From: Lachnospiraceae bacterium
GTDB lineage: Bacteria > Bacillota > Clostridia > Lachnospirales > Lachnospiraceae
Reading direction: 5' to 3'
Assembly (NCBI GenBank): GCA_024403435.1
Contig: JAKSRV010000001.1
Coordinates: forward strand, 3,856 to 67,855
DNA length: 64,000 nt
Part shown: piece after piece, positions 10,784 through 22,920 of the stretch
How the letters are laid out: every line of letters begins with the position of its first letter
Numbering within the stretch: position 1 is the first letter of the stretch
Position numbers and translations under genes: made by a program
Notes under the pieces: generated by a model
What the model was told of the DNA's origin: nothing
The model's database searches: none
Seen by the model: the letters and a program-made list of their open reading frames with translations, nothing else

Positions 10784-12556
10784 TCAAAACTTATATACCC
10801 ACAATCTATACCAACTGCCCACAGTCTGTATGGGTTCCTCATTCATCAGTGTCAACCCCAACTCCTCTGCATCAAATATATATGATGCAGAAATCATATA
10901 GTGGCATCCCATATCACGCAATGCATCAAAATTCAAATCACATTCTTCGGTGGTTGGAATCCATCTTTTCTCCATTGTGAAGTAATTCATAGACTCAGCC
11001 AGCAGTATATAGCATCTGTTACCCCAATTATCATACCATTCCTTGAGATAATCACTCTTATCAAGTTCCGCGGCTATAACCTTCCTAAACTCATGCTTGT
11101 AGTTCACATCGTAATTATTGGAATATGCATCCAGGCAATAGAATCCATTGTATGCAGCGGCTGACGGATAGATCCCTAAACTGACCACTCTGTACTCTTC
11201 TTTATCAAGACCTATAAGTTCATCCACTTCAGCAAACAAATCCTCTGCAAAGAATTGTTCCCAGGTCATCATATAGTAATCGGGGTTAATAAGTTTAGCC
11301 GCATTATATCTCAAATCGCTCTTAAGGAATCCATTGACTGCAAACAATCCGATTGTTGCCACCGATCCTATAATATAAGCCATCTTGATTCCCATACGAA
11401 TCATTTTTGCAAAGATTGAAGTTTTTTTATTCTCCTTGTCCAAAATCGATACATATAAGTCCCACAAAATTGACAGAGACAATCCAAGCATGGCAATCCA
11501 AATAACCGGCATAATCCATACTATTCTGCCAAAATAGAAATCATGTAAAACACCTGAAGTCGAATTGCAGAAATCCACGACAGGTTCCAAACAGTATATT
11601 GCATACAACAATGCCAATGCAAAATTCACACACAATCCGGTCACAAGATATTTCATTTCTCTGTTAACCGCGGCACTCTTGTTCTTATAAGCAAATCTAA
11701 AAAGTCCAACCATTACAAATGCCAACGCTATTGCCGGCATAAAGAAGATTTGACCAACCTCCGTATATGTAACGCCCGTACCAAAAGCCTGCCAAAACGC
11801 TTCAAAAAACGGTTGTGAATATCGTACTATTTCACTTTTGTGCGATACAAAGCCATCATCGATTCCAAGAATCTGTTTTATTAATCCGAAATTTTCCAAA
11901 GCATATACAGACGTACAAACAACCAGCGCCACCACATAATGATGAATATATTTTCTCTTAATGATGGAAATGATAAGTGCCACTCCCATAAAACATATCC
12001 ATGCAAATCCTACCAAAGAAAGTGATGAACCGGCCGCATAGCAGGCTATCATTACCCAGTAGGGCCAGGGTTTACAGTTCTTTTTTCTCAGTCTCAAAAG
12101 TGCATACAATAACATCGGTTCCCCGGGTACGCACAAACCGTATACCGCATAAAACGGAAGAAGCATAAATCCTGCACCGCATAAAAAGGCCATCCATCTT
12201 TTATTAGTCAGTTCCTTTATCAGTAAATATGTTCCGATAAAACCAACCAATTTAATGACAATGAGAGAGGTCAGATAAGCCCAAAACGGCGGCAGCAACT
12301 TATAAAAAATCACAAAAGCCGGTGCCGGCATGGTCAGGCCTGTCGCATTTATTCCATTCATCAATTCAGGGAAACTTTTCACTCCCGAAAACAGATACTT
12401 GGCATTATATATATATGTCAAAATCTCTCCGTCAAGCTGATCGTGATAAGTCACTATCGAAGACTCACGGAAAATGAAATAAGGCAAACAGGATAGTATA
12501 CTGATTACTATCCCCGCAATTACCCATATTCTGTTTTTATGAAACAATTTTTTCAT
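10784..12556 (-). CDS. DUF6044/YkoS-like polytopic membrane protein (putative GT-C)
   Basis: HDQLDGE motif after TM1, many TMs, C-terminal soluble region with RVVSLG..P..A.YNGFY.LD.YSN.Y and WGNRCY. Confidence 0.7.
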   Translation of the reverse strand: MKKLFHKNRIWVIAGIVISILSCLPYFIFRESSIVTYHDQLDGEILTYIYNAKYLFSGVKSFPELMNGINATGLTMPAPAFVIFYKLLPPFWAYLTSLIVIKLVGFIGTYLLIKELTNKRWMAFLCGAGFMLLPFYAVYGLCVPGEPMLLYALLRLRKKNCKPWPYWVMIACYAAGSSLSLVGFAWICFMGVALIISIIKRKYIHHYVVALVVCTSVYALENFGLIKQILGIDDGFVSHKSEIVRYSQPFFEAFWQAFGTGVTYTEVGQIFFMPAIALAFVMVGLFRFAYKNKSAAVNREMKYLVTGLCVNFALALLYAIYCLEPVVDFCNSTSGVLHDFYFGRIVWIMPVIWIAMLGLSLSILWDLYVSILDKENKKTSIFAKMIRMGIKMAYIIGSVATIGLFAVNGFLKSDLRYNAAKLINPDYYMMTWEQFFAEDLFAEVDELIGLDKEEYRVVSLGIYPSAAAYNGFYCLDAYSNNYDVNYKHEFRKVIAAELDKSDYLKEWYDNWGNRCYILLAESMNYFTMEKRWIPTTEECDLNFDALRDMGCHYMISASYIFDAEELGLTLMNEEPIQTVGSWYRLWVYKF

Positions 12557-12631
12557 AATCCAACAAATTCACTTCAAAAGCAAATATTCGCTTTATATTA
12601 TTTAAGCATTAACTATAGCAATATTTACAGT

Positions 12632-14242
12632 TTACTTTGATTTTCCGGTGCCTATTTTTTTGATTGCCGCAGCTATTCCCATAGCACTGTACGGCAGTAG
12701 TAACAGACTGTATGTCACAATATATCTGCTGCTTGCTTCCCACAGAATATGGAACAAAAAGCCTCCGAATACACCTATTGCAAACATATATTTCCAAAAA
12801 CACTTCTTTTCTTTTTTCACGACCATCCGAAGCGCACATATGAAAGCGCCAACATATACCAAGCTTTGCAATGCCTCACAGTATATTACAAACGCAAAGT
12901 TATATTTACCTTCATACACCTGATTGAAGAACTGCGATCTGTCACTCATGGTTGCCCATGTGGCTTGCAGTGACGCATAGGTTCCGTCAAACCACTGTGT
13001 TGCAATTTTACGTGAATAAAAGCTGACAGCCTTTCCGGGATTTTTTCCGAAATAATCCATACGTTCTTTGATAGCCGCATCACTGATTATATCAGCTGCC
13101 ACAGGATCACATCCCGATTGCTCAAAGGTATCATAGTTGAAACCGTTATACCAGCCCGGACCTCGTCCGTCACTTTCTTGCATTCCCATAGCGAAATATG
13201 ATTTTGCGGTTACTCCGCTATTGACGGTAGAACCTGCCGCTTTCTCATATACAGAAAGCACCGTCGGCAATATCATAATGCTGCATACGGCCACAGCAAT
13301 ACCATAAGCAAGCCATTCCCACTTTCTTCTTCCGAACCATTGAAAAATCACGGTAATTACTACCGCTATGATCAAGACCAATATGTTCTTTCTCAACAGA
13401 ACCGCAAGTGCAAAACATACTATACTGAGCAATGCCAACACAAGGTTCTTTATTCCTTTATTTTCTTTTCCTTTATTCCCTATTCCCTTATTTTCTTCTC
13501 CGCTATTTTCTGAAGTTCCCACAAAAAGCTCTGTCAAAAGACACGCTCCCACAGAAAAGAAACAATACGAAGGGATCTCATTATATATAAATGTTGCATA
13601 TACAATGTAGGGAAGATTCAGTGCACTCAACATCAAAAATACTGCTGTGGCAGAATCATTCTTCCATAATCTTCTCACGATATTTCCCTGTGCCACGGTC
13701 GCCGCACAAATCATCGCAAGATAAACAAGCTTCACGAAATGATACTCTGCAATCGGCAGAGTGAATTTATTCAGTACCCACAGTATTCCGGCCAAAAAGG
13801 TAGTCAATCCTATCTGCTGAGGATAGTATGATAAATATGAATCCGTCGGATGAACAATACTTAAATCCCCGCGACTGACCATTTCAGCCATGGTATATAC
13901 CGTCATTGCATCCGCCGCAGGTGCCGATCTGGCCCTCAATATCAAAATGAGTCCTATGGCAAAATACCATACACACACCACTCCGGTTATTATCGCCAAT
14001 GTACGCTTTGAATATCTTTTTACCAAACAGCTCACTCCGGCACATACTGCTGCCATGGCAAGCGCCAACGGAACGGTAATATACATTCTGTCCACAGAAA
14101 ATATCATTTTCTGCTCCAGCATATTATTGGAGCTTTCTGTAATAACGACCGCTCCTACTGCCAGAAGTCCTGCAAACACCATGAACAAATACTTGATTGA
14201 ATTTTCACCAAACTTATACAAAGTATCGGTAAACTTTCGCAT
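12632..14242 (-). CDS. Polytopic membrane protein, putative GT-C glycosyltransferase
   Basis: P.AD motif in the first loop, YLSYYPQQ.G, Y.EIP, AMGMQE, GWYNG and WEA.SRY motifs, about 11 TMs. Confidence 0.6.
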   Translation of the reverse strand: MRKFTDTLYKFGENSIKYLFMVFAGLLAVGAVVITESSNNMLEQKMIFSVDRMYITVPLALAMAAVCAGVSCLVKRYSKRTLAIITGVVCVWYFAIGLILILRARSAPAADAMTVYTMAEMVSRGDLSIVHPTDSYLSYYPQQIGLTTFLAGILWVLNKFTLPIAEYHFVKLVYLAMICAATVAQGNIVRRLWKNDSATAVFLMLSALNLPYIVYATFIYNEIPSYCFFSVGACLLTELFVGTSENSGEENKGIGNKGKENKGIKNLVLALLSIVCFALAVLLRKNILVLIIAVVITVIFQWFGRRKWEWLAYGIAVAVCSIMILPTVLSVYEKAAGSTVNSGVTAKSYFAMGMQESDGRGPGWYNGFNYDTFEQSGCDPVAADIISDAAIKERMDYFGKNPGKAVSFYSRKIATQWFDGTYASLQATWATMSDRSQFFNQVYEGKYNFAFVIYCEALQSLVYVGAFICALRMVVKKEKKCFWKYMFAIGVFGGFLFHILWEASSRYIVTYSLLLLPYSAMGIAAAIKKIGTGKSK

Positions 14243-14244
14243 AC

Positions 14245-15189
14245 TTATCTCTCCGCACGCATAGGATTATTTAAGAAATCCTCATAGCTGAGCTTAATAC
14301 CTTCCTTGAGCTCAGTCTTGTATGTCCAACCGAGGGCAGCTGCCTTGCTGACATCCAAAAGCTTTCTGGGCGTACCGTTAGGCTTTGTGGTATCCCATTC
14401 TATCTTACCCTTATAGCCCACAACCTCGGCAACCAATTCGGTAAGTTCTTTTATACTGAGTTCCTTACCGCTTCCCGCATTAACAGTTTCATTGCCGCTG
14501 TAATTATTCATTAGGAACACACACAGATTTGCGAGATCATCTACATACAAGAACTCTCTGAGAGGTGAACCGTCGCCCCAACAGGTAACGGATTCCGCTC
14601 CTGCGACCTTAGCTTCATGAAAACGTCTGATAAGTGCCGGGAGGACATGACTGTGAGTAGGATGATAATTATCATTCGGACCGTACAAATTGGTAGGCAT
14701 TACAGAAATATAATCTGTACCGTACTGACGGTTCAAAAACTCACAATATTTTAAACCGCTTATCTTTGCCAATGCATAGGCTTCGTTGGTTTTCTCCAAT
14801 TCACTTGTAAGCAGGCAGCTTTCAGTCATAGGTTGAGGCGCCATTCTGGGATAGATACATGAGCTTCCCAAAAATTCAAGCTTTTTACATCCATTTTCCC
14901 ATGCAGCATGAATCACATTCATCTCAAGTGTCATGTTGTAATACATAAAATCTGCCAACGCATTGGCATTGGCTTCTATTCCGCCCACCTTGGCTGCTGC
15001 CAAAAATACATACTCAGGCTTTTCCTGTGCAAAAAATGCCTCTACATCGGCCTGTCTGCACAAGTCAAGCTCCGCATGAGTTCTGGTAATAATATTGGTA
15101 TATCCCTGTTTTTCCAATTCTCTTACTATAGCCGAACCAACCATTCCTCTGTGACCGGCCACGTATATCTTGGCATTCTTTTCCATCAT
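14245..15189 (-). CDS. fcl: GDP-L-fucose synthase
   Basis: [38 protein letters not shown] and REFLYVDD motifs. Confidence 0.96.
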   Translation of the reverse strand: MMEKNAKIYVAGHRGMVGSAIVRELEKQGYTNIITRTHAELDLCRQADVEAFFAQEKPEYVFLAAAKVGGIEANANALADFMYYNMTLEMNVIHAAWENGCKKLEFLGSSCIYPRMAPQPMTESCLLTSELEKTNEAYALAKISGLKYCEFLNRQYGTDYISVMPTNLYGPNDNYHPTHSHVLPALIRRFHEAKVAGAESVTCWGDGSPLREFLYVDDLANLCVFLMNNYSGNETVNAGSGKELSIKELTELVAEVVGYKGKIEWDTTKPNGTPRKLLDVSKAAALGWTYKTELKEGIKLSYEDFLNNPMRAER

Positions 15190-15229
15190 TGCAATTTGCC
15201 TCACTAAGCTTTATAAACAAACGAACCTA

Positions 15230-16537
15230 TTACAGGTCAAACACTTCTTTATCCTCGACAGATATCTCCTGTCCACACTGAACCTCTATGAGACGTATAT
15301 CGGTCAACGCTTTGATAGTGTGTTTACAACCTCTGGGAAGTCTGATGACATTTCCTATCGACACTTTTTCTTCCACACCGTCCACAACAGTCATACCTTC
15401 GCCTTCTACAACCGTCCATATCTCATCGCGATGTTTATGACTGTGATATTTCATGGAATTGCCCTTCTTGAGCATAACCTTTACGGTCAAACTGTCCGCT
15501 TCCACATCTATGATTTTGAAACTTCCCCATGAAGTCTCCGCAAACATAATTCTTTGATCGATTTTATCAACATATGGCTTGATATATGAACTCTGTGCCT
15601 TGTCCGATACCAAAATACCGTCAGGTGATGCGGATATAACCACATCCTTAAGTCCCATGGCAAGTACCGGAACATCCATTTCGTTAATGATATGAACATT
15701 TTCACACTCATCATTCATTACACCGTTACCTATGATAGTCTCATCCATAGCCTCGGTCAGAGTGTTCCATGTACCAAGATCCTTCCACTGCCCTGAAAAA
15801 CGCATCACCCTTAAGCTGTTCTCTTTTTCGACTACTGCGTAGTCAAAAGAAATTTTGGTTAATGACGCATAATTATCGTACAAATCCTTATAATTATCGA
15901 AACCGGTCAATTCTTCGGCAATCTTCAAAATATAAGAAAGCTTGAAAGCAAAAATACCGCCGTTCCAAAGTGCACCCTTATCTATATATTCACGAGCAAC
16001 AGCTTCTGTCGGTTTTTCCTTGAATGTAACGACCTTCGATACCTTATCTGCACTGTTCGGAATTATATATCCATACTTCTCCGAAGGATAAGTAGGTTCA
16101 ATACCCATCAGTGACATTCCGTCACCATTTTGAGCAAGGTCCGACAATTCCTTTAATGCCTCAAAATATGAAGCATCGACATAAGGATCTACCGGGCATA
16201 CCACCACCGGTTCATCTTTTTCAATCTGCTGTACATCCGCAAGATAGAATGCCGCAAGTGCGATAGCCGGAAATGTATCTCTTCTGCAGGGTTCTATGCT
16301 TATTCCCACTTCGGCTCCCAATTGATTTTTGATGGAAGAAACCTGAGATTTTGAAGTCGCAATTGTTACTCTTGCATCACTGTCCACAGCCTTTATTTGC
16401 CTGTAGACTCTCTGCACCATCGAATCATAATCACCCTGATTGTTTTTAAATATTTTTATGAATTGTTTACTTCTAACGTCATTGCTCAAGGGCCAAAGTC
16501 TTTTGCCCGACCCTCCTGACAGCAGAATTATATTCAC
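15230..16537 (-). CDS. manC: Mannose-1-phosphate guanylyltransferase with C-terminal cupin domain
   Basis: [38 protein letters not shown] motifs; cupin H.H..R.E.W. Confidence 0.92.
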   Translation of the reverse strand: MNIILLSGGSGKRLWPLSNDVRSKQFIKIFKNNQGDYDSMVQRVYRQIKAVDSDARVTIATSKSQVSSIKNQLGAEVGISIEPCRRDTFPAIALAAFYLADVQQIEKDEPVVVCPVDPYVDASYFEALKELSDLAQNGDGMSLMGIEPTYPSEKYGYIIPNSADKVSKVVTFKEKPTEAVAREYIDKGALWNGGIFAFKLSYILKIAEELTGFDNYKDLYDNYASLTKISFDYAVVEKENSLRVMRFSGQWKDLGTWNTLTEAMDETIIGNGVMNDECENVHIINEMDVPVLAMGLKDVVISASPDGILVSDKAQSSYIKPYVDKIDQRIMFAETSWGSFKIIDVEADSLTVKVMLKKGNSMKYHSHKHRDEIWTVVEGEGMTVVDGVEEKVSIGNVIRLPRGCKHTIKALTDIRLIEVQCGQEISVEDKEVFDL

Positions 16538-17622
16538 TTAACTACTCCCTTTTCGAGATACTCCTCGAGATTAATCTTTATACGCTCGCCGGCTCTCTCT
16601 ACAGCAACCTTTTCCATATCGTGCTTTACCATCAGTTCTACGAGTTCTTCAAAACTTGTCTTAAGCGGATTCCATCCGAGTTCGGTACGAGCCTTGGTCG
16701 GATCTCCCCAGAGATTTACCACATCCGTGGGTCTGTAAAAATCAGGGCTGACCTCTACGAGCACTCTTCCGGTTGCCTTGTCGATGCCCTTTTCATCTAT
16801 TCCTTCACCCTGCCATTCGATTTCTATTCCTGCATGGTGAAATGCGAGTGTTGCAAACTCTCTTACCGAATGCTGCACACCCGTTGCGATGACAAAGTCC
16901 TCAGGCTTGTCATTCTGCAAAATCAGCCACATGCACTCAACATAATCCCTGGCATAACCCCAGTCTCTGAGTGACGAAAGATTTCCAAGGTAAAGTTTAT
17001 CCTGCTTGCCCTGTGCAATTCTTGCTGCCGCAAGAGTAATCTTTCTGGTAACAAAAGTCTCACCGCGTCTCTCGGACTCGTGATTAAACAAAATACCTGA
17101 GCAGCAAAACATTCCATATGCCTCGCGATATTCCTTTACAATCCAGAAACCATACTGCTTTGCTACCGCATAAGGACTATAGGGATGGAAGGGTGTCTTC
17201 TCGTTCTGAGGGACTTCCTCAACCTTACCGTACAGCTCTGAAGTCGATGCCTGATATATGCGACAAGTCTTTTCAAGCCCGCACACACGAACCGCTTCAA
17301 GCACTCTGAGTACTCCTGTCGCAACAACATCCGCAGTATATTCAGGTACATCAAAAGATACCTGTACATGGCTCTGTGCTGCGAGATTGTAAATCTCATC
17401 AGGCTTAATCTCCGCAATCAACTTTACAAGACTGATAGAATCTCCCAAATCACCGTACTTAAGATGAAACTGCGGTGTACCCTCCAGATGAGCTATTCTC
17501 TCTCTGAAATCCACTGAAGAGCGACGAATCATTCCATATACTTCATAACCCTTTTCAAGTAAAAACTCCGCAAGATATGAACCATCCTGACCTGTTACTC
17601 CGGTAATAAGTGCTTTTTTCAT
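16534..17622 (-). CDS. gmd: GDP-mannose 4,6-dehydratase
   Basis: [41 protein letters not shown] and RDWG motifs. Confidence 0.97.
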   Translation of the reverse strand: MKKALITGVTGQDGSYLAEFLLEKGYEVYGMIRRSSVDFRERIAHLEGTPQFHLKYGDLGDSISLVKLIAEIKPDEIYNLAAQSHVQVSFDVPEYTADVVATGVLRVLEAVRVCGLEKTCRIYQASTSELYGKVEEVPQNEKTPFHPYSPYAVAKQYGFWIVKEYREAYGMFCCSGILFNHESERRGETFVTRKITLAAARIAQGKQDKLYLGNLSSLRDWGYARDYVECMWLILQNDKPEDFVIATGVQHSVREFATLAFHHAGIEIEWQGEGIDEKGIDKATGRVLVEVSPDFYRPTDVVNLWGDPTKARTELGWNPLKTSFEELVELMVKHDMEKVAVERAGERIKINLEEYLEKGVVK

Positions 17623-17660
17623 ATATACATCCTTTTATTCACAATTATTTTCTAAATCTA

Positions 17661-18686
17661 TCACAGCTTCTTTATTTTCTTGTGCAGTGTTCTGACTGCC
17701 TTCGGAGCAGTCGCAAACAAAGTGTGATAGACCTTATTCTTGGCTGTAAGTATCGGATTTGACATTGACTTCCAATAATTCTGTCTCATCCATTTTACAA
17801 TTGCTCTGTACTGTGCAGATACTTCCGACTCGTCCCTTACCATCATTTCCACAGGAATATGGAGCAGATAATCTATCCTTTGGAATACATTGAATCTGAA
17901 CGCTATTTTTTGAAGCTCTGTATCTCCGGGATATCTGTTTTCAACAAGTCCCAATATCATGTCAGCGTTGTCGACATTGTCTCCAAACACCCTGGAAAAT
18001 TTTTTACTGCTCTCCGTGCGTGAGTTACTGCCTATTCGATAGAATACATGATATTTCTGTCCCGGAAGTGAAACAATATCTCCGATATCAGGCAGCTTCT
18101 GAACTAAAATATGAAAATCTTCATTCAGTACTCCCAGCGGAAAAAACTCAGGTCTGTCAAATATCTCTCTTGCAAGAAGCTTGGTACAAAACGAGCAATC
18201 TCCTCTGTGCATCAGCAGTTCTTTTAAGAAATCTCTGCTGCCTATTACCTGAGCTTCGCTCGGTGGCTCGCAGATATTCGGAAGTTGCTTACCGTCCTCA
18301 TCTACCTCGTCGCGACCAACCTGGGCACACTTGACACCATATTTTTTTATTCCTTCATAGAGACTCTCATACATATCCGGCTCTATATAGTCATCACTGT
18401 CTATAAATCCCAGATACTCACCATGTGCACGACTTATTCCCAGATTGCGTGCTCCCGAAGAACCGCTGTTTTCTTTATGGAAAACTCTGATTCTGGCATC
18501 CTCGGCAGCGAGTTCATCACACAATGCGCCGGTTCCGTCTGTGGAACCGTCATCAACCAAAATAATTTCCAAATTATCATAGGTCTGATTACAGATAGAA
18601 TGAACACACCTCGGCAGGTACGGTATTATATTGTACACAGGCACAATCACACTTATCAGTGGTCTGCCGTTATCTTTTTCTGCCAT
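17661..18686 (-). CDS. GT2 glycosyltransferase
   Basis: ISVIVPVYN, VDDGSTD, ARN.G and FIDSDD motifs. Confidence 0.9.
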   Translation of the reverse strand: MAEKDNGRPLISVIVPVYNIIPYLPRCVHSICNQTYDNLEIILVDDGSTDGTGALCDELAAEDARIRVFHKENSGSSGARNLGISRAHGEYLGFIDSDDYIEPDMYESLYEGIKKYGVKCAQVGRDEVDEDGKQLPNICEPPSEAQVIGSRDFLKELLMHRGDCSFCTKLLAREIFDRPEFFPLGVLNEDFHILVQKLPDIGDIVSLPGQKYHVFYRIGSNSRTESSKKFSRVFGDNVDNADMILGLVENRYPGDTELQKIAFRFNVFQRIDYLLHIPVEMMVRDESEVSAQYRAIVKWMRQNYWKSMSNPILTAKNKVYHTLFATAPKAVRTLHKKIKKL

Positions 18687-18702
18687 ATACAAAGCACCTT
18701 AT

Positions 18703-19950
18703 CTATCGAAAATCCTTGGCAACAATCGGCTGAGCCAATCCAAACAATTCATCCCTTATTCTCGCCTCCGACTTGGGATACTCCCTCATGCACGGAGCGA
18801 AAATATTCGGCTTTCTTTTCTCTAAATCATGATTCTCGCCGTGAAGTTTTTCATCTATCAAATCCATAAGACTTGCCGCAGCATTGCGAGGATTCCATAC
18901 ATCCGTCATAGTCGCATATGCATTACGTCCTATCCTCTCCCTGGCCTCATGGTCACTTATCATATCACGTACAACACTAAGCAACACGTCACGGTGTCTG
19001 TCATCATATACGCATCCGTTCACCTTATCATTAATCAAATAAGGAACAGCTCCTATCATATGATCTGCTACAACAACACATCCGCTGTTCATCGCTTCAT
19101 TTGCCACCGCTCCCCAGCCTTCGTTTCTGTCACTGGTGAAAAGCAAAACATCTGCTTTTTTCATATGTTCTCTTACCTCTTCCGGCTTCATAAAACCTAA
19201 GAGGTTCACATATCCGCTCAATTCATACTTATCATACAGATTACGCACATTTTCTTCCTGCGGACCGTTGCCGATCACATCCATATGAAAATCTATTTTC
19301 TCATCCTTAAGAAACCTTGCAACCTCCATTGCAAGCTCGGGATGCTTCCAATCCAAAAATCTTCCGGCCCACAAAAGGTACGGCACTTTTTTACCATTCT
19401 TTTCATAACCTTTATCGGCCATCAGTTCGTCTATATTGTATTCATAAACCGCAGGGAAATATCCCCACTTGTACATTTTATTTTTATACGCACCGAACTT
19501 ACCAAAATCAGAAGCTACATATGCCCCCGAACACAGCAGATATACAGGCTTATCATTGTGTCTCGTATGGTCGTGGCGCTTTTTTATCAGGCCTCTCGGA
19601 GAAATCCACTTCCACTGTGCTTCCTTGTACACTCTCTCACTGTATCTGAATGTAAGCTTTCCGGCTTCCAGTCTCGGCTGAATATAGCTTTCATCCTCAC
19701 ATCCACCGAAAATAACCACCTCACTGTCAAGAATCATTCGGCGACATTCTCTGTTTACCTTATCGTCGATGTACGCAAGCTTTACATATGGTGGAAGTTT
19801 TGAGCTCCACCCCATATTGACTCTTTCATCTGCTATTTTCTCAGTCTGCACGAAAACAAACTCATTCTCCGTGCCGCAGAGTTTAATCATTTCCTCGCAA
19901 AAAGGCATCTGATGATGATTTATATAGTTTGATACAAAAGCAATCCTCAT
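18703..19950 (-). CDS. GT4 (GT-B) glycosyltransferase
   Basis: GRFLDWKHP and EGWGAVANEAM (E-x7-E) motifs. Confidence 0.88.
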   Translation of the reverse strand: MRIAFVSNYINHHQMPFCEEMIKLCGTENEFVFVQTEKIADERVNMGWSSKLPPYVKLAYIDDKVNRECRRMILDSEVVIFGGCEDESYIQPRLEAGKLTFRYSERVYKEAQWKWISPRGLIKKRHDHTRHNDKPVYLLCSGAYVASDFGKFGAYKNKMYKWGYFPAVYEYNIDELMADKGYEKNGKKVPYLLWAGRFLDWKHPELAMEVARFLKDEKIDFHMDVIGNGPQEENVRNLYDKYELSGYVNLLGFMKPEEVREHMKKADVLLFTSDRNEGWGAVANEAMNSGCVVVADHMIGAVPYLINDKVNGCVYDDRHRDVLLSVVRDMISDHEARERIGRNAYATMTDVWNPRNAAASLMDLIDEKLHGENHDLEKRKPNIFAPCMREYPKSEARIRDELFGLAQPIVAKDFR

Positions 19951-19958
19951 AGCCTCTC

Positions 19959-21326
19959 CTAACGGTCTGCTGTCATCTTTTCATAAATCTTGAGCATTCC
20001 TTCTGCGTTTGCTTCAGGATTATGGTTTCGATGAGCATGCTCACATGCATTTTTACGTCTGTCATCAACATCGTCAGCATTCCATCTGTCCAGCAGTGCC
20101 TGCTTCAATGCATTTACAACCTGCTCCATAGATTCCTCAGGTTCATCTCTATATGAATATCCATCCTTGCCAACCGTAAATACTGATGTTATTCCACCGA
20201 CTTCAGCAGTGACAATCGGGACCTTAAGAATCATCGCCTCACCCAATGAATTCGGTGAATTTTCACACTCAGAACAGCATACATATGTATCACACTTAAG
20301 ATACTGCTCCTTCATCTGCGCTGCCGAAAGTCTTCCCAATATGTGTACCCTGTCGGACAATCCGTATTCTTCAATCAACCGGCGAAGATACTTTCCGTAT
20401 GATGATATCTTTATTTTCTTTTTGAGAGAATCCACATCGACTATAGACTGGCCCGCAACATAAATCTGAATGTCATCCACACCGTTTTCTGACGAATCCT
20501 TCAATATTTCTCCCACTGCAGTCAGCAGAAAGTGAAATCCCTTCAGCGGATAATCTGCCTGGCTGACAAACAGCCTGTGTTTTTCAGCTGTTTCCTGCTT
20601 CCACTCACCTTCATAAAAATCTCTTCTGAGCGTCTCTCCTGCATAGTGATATACAGCCTTTTCATTCCACTCTTTTGCCAGTGACTTATCAAAAGCAGTC
20701 CTTCCGGCAATATGCCCTGCCAGCTTGACTGCCGCTCTCTCATTATTTCCTCTTGCTATATACTTATTTTTCTGTTCAAGAATAGAATCTTTTTTCAGGA
20801 AATCTCTGAATGTATGTCTTTTTACTATTTTATCGGGAATATGCGATGTGTATCTTTCCGCATATACAGTACACGGTCCCTGGATTCCTATGAGCAGTCT
20901 ATCGGGATTGTTCCACACCTTCGCCGCTGCCAATGTATGAGGGAATTCTGTTCCGAAACAATGCACCACATCAGGCTTTGCTATATCAAAAATTCCGCGG
21001 AAGCTAATCTCAAGAGCCACATCGTATACACTCTCATGAGCAGTATCCTCATAAAAGCCATAGTACTCAACCAATTCTCCGGGATAATCTTTGAGTTCCG
21101 CATTACCTGATATAAATCCGTTTTTACCGGCCTCACCTGCTGCATCTATTACATTCTTCGAAACGGGGAACGCAAAAGCGATATCAAATTCGACGGATTC
21201 CTTGTGCTTTTTTGCAAGCATTGCATCGAGGAGACCTTTTACCCAGCCTTCCTTCGGAATTGTTCCCAGGCCCATCTGCGCCGCTATTTCCGGAAGGATT
21301 AAATTACATATCCATAATACTTTCAT
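19959..21326 (-). CDS. GT4 (GT-B) glycosyltransferase
   Basis: PDVVH.FGTE, KGFH.L and ENSPNSLGEAM motifs. Confidence 0.88.
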   Translation of the reverse strand: MKVLWICNLILPEIAAQMGLGTIPKEGWVKGLLDAMLAKKHKESVEFDIAFAFPVSKNVIDAAGEAGKNGFISGNAELKDYPGELVEYYGFYEDTAHESVYDVALEISFRGIFDIAKPDVVHCFGTEFPHTLAAAKVWNNPDRLLIGIQGPCTVYAERYTSHIPDKIVKRHTFRDFLKKDSILEQKNKYIARGNNERAAVKLAGHIAGRTAFDKSLAKEWNEKAVYHYAGETLRRDFYEGEWKQETAEKHRLFVSQADYPLKGFHFLLTAVGEILKDSSENGVDDIQIYVAGQSIVDVDSLKKKIKISSYGKYLRRLIEEYGLSDRVHILGRLSAAQMKEQYLKCDTYVCCSECENSPNSLGEAMILKVPIVTAEVGGITSVFTVGKDGYSYRDEPEESMEQVVNALKQALLDRWNADDVDDRRKNACEHAHRNHNPEANAEGMLKIYEKMTADR

Positions 21327-21335
21327 CCGAACACC

Positions 21336-22910
21336 TTATTCCTTGTCGGAGCCTTCAGCTTTATTCTCTGTCTCTTCACTCTTTGCTGTACCGCTCTTTT
21401 CTACATCGTGCTTTACCCTATCGGCTTTTACAGCTTCCTCATTTTTCTCAACACCTACCAGTCGACCGTTCCCGTCCTCGTACTCATGTTCAACCTTGGC
21501 CATATACAAATCACGTATAACTACAGACTGGCTGGAATCCACTCCTTCTGTAGCCTCAGGGAGGAGCAATATCTTCAGAGTCAAAAGCATCAGTTTGAGA
21601 TCCAACAGTACTGAATAATTTTCAATATAAGTAATATCAAGCTTCAGCTTATCATAAGGAGTGGTGTTATATTTACCGTACACCTGTGCATATCCTGCCA
21701 AACCGGCCTTAACCTTGAGGCGAAATGCGAATTCCGGCATCTCTTCCTGATATTTTTCGATAATCTCAGGTCTCTCGGGTCTGGGACCGATAAATGACAT
21801 GTCACCTGACAGAATATTGAAAAGCTGAGGCAGCTCATCGATTCTTACCTTACGGATAAATTTACCTACGGGAGTAACTCGCTTGTCACCTACATAGTAA
21901 AGTCTCACTCCGTCTTTTTCGGCATCAACTCTCATAGAACGGAACTTTATAATATTAAATTTCTTTCCGCCCTTGGTGCAGCGGACCTGTTTATAGAATA
22001 CAGGACCACCGTCATATGCTTTTACAAAGATAGCCGTAATAAGCATTATCGGAGAAGTAATTATAACCAATATCATTGAGCAGATAATATCAATAAGTCT
22101 CTTGATGAATCTCTGCTCCATGGTCATGCTGTACTCTCTGGTAAGAAGAATCGGGCTGTCAAATACATGAAGCTCCTCTGCTCCAAGCATAATTACATCA
22201 TTAATCTTGGGCAACACATAAAAACGAATAGAATTGCCGTAGCAATATTTAATCAGCGGCTTTCTGTCTATATCCGAAATATCTCCGAAGACAACTGCGT
22301 TGCAGGTTCCTTCCTGATAATACTTCTTGATAACCTTGCAAAGATTAGCGGTACCTACTCCGACATGGACCTGCTCGGTAATAAGGTATTTATCAAGTCT
22401 GCTCTCAAATTTTCTCTTGAGATCTCTCGGATCTCTGTCTCCGTATATCAGCAGCAGCTTGCGCGGAGGGAAAATATGTCTGTAGAAGAAATTGGCGGCA
22501 CTGATATAGAGAAATGCCACAATAATCTGCTCTACCAGCATCATGATAAAATAAGTGGGCTTAAACAGCTGGAATGCCATAACCGACAGTTCCGCATATA
22601 TAAGAATATCTGCCATCAATGTTGCAAAAACCTGCGAAAACACAATTTCTGCATTCTTCAGATATCCCAGACGCATACCGCCGTACATATTGGAAAACAA
22701 AAAGAGAATTACAAAATAAATAGCAATCTCAAGAACATGTCCCTTGAAGAAAAACTTCTGAAGATCCTGTACGATACTGAATCTGAAGTGAAAATACCAA
22801 TGATAAGAAAAAACTCCGGTTTCAAGCAGAAGGCACAAAAGAACGAGCGAAAGATTTATCAATCGCTTGAACCCTTCCATCTTCTGTAATCTATCCTGTG
22901 TAGTCATCAC
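21336..22910 (-). CDS. Priming polyprenyl glycosylphosphotransferase (CpsE/WcaJ type)
   Basis: 4 N-terminal TMs; KRLID, KFRSM, DELPQLFNIL.GDMSFIGPRPE and G..GYAQV motifs; charged C-terminal tail. Confidence 0.93.
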   Translation of the reverse strand: MMTTQDRLQKMEGFKRLINLSLVLLCLLLETGVFSYHWYFHFRFSIVQDLQKFFFKGHVLEIAIYFVILFLFSNMYGGMRLGYLKNAEIVFSQVFATLMADILIYAELSVMAFQLFKPTYFIMMLVEQIIVAFLYISAANFFYRHIFPPRKLLLIYGDRDPRDLKRKFESRLDKYLITEQVHVGVGTANLCKVIKKYYQEGTCNAVVFGDISDIDRKPLIKYCYGNSIRFYVLPKINDVIMLGAEELHVFDSPILLTREYSMTMEQRFIKRLIDIICSMILVIITSPIMLITAIFVKAYDGGPVFYKQVRCTKGGKKFNIIKFRSMRVDAEKDGVRLYYVGDKRVTPVGKFIRKVRIDELPQLFNILSGDMSFIGPRPERPEIIEKYQEEMPEFAFRLKVKAGLAGYAQVYGKYNTTPYDKLKLDITYIENYSVLLDLKLMLLTLKILLLPEATEGVDSSQSVVIRDLYMAKVEHEYEDGNGRLVGVEKNEEAVKADRVKHDVEKSGTAKSEETENKAEGSDKE

Positions 22911-22920
22911 AATAACCTCC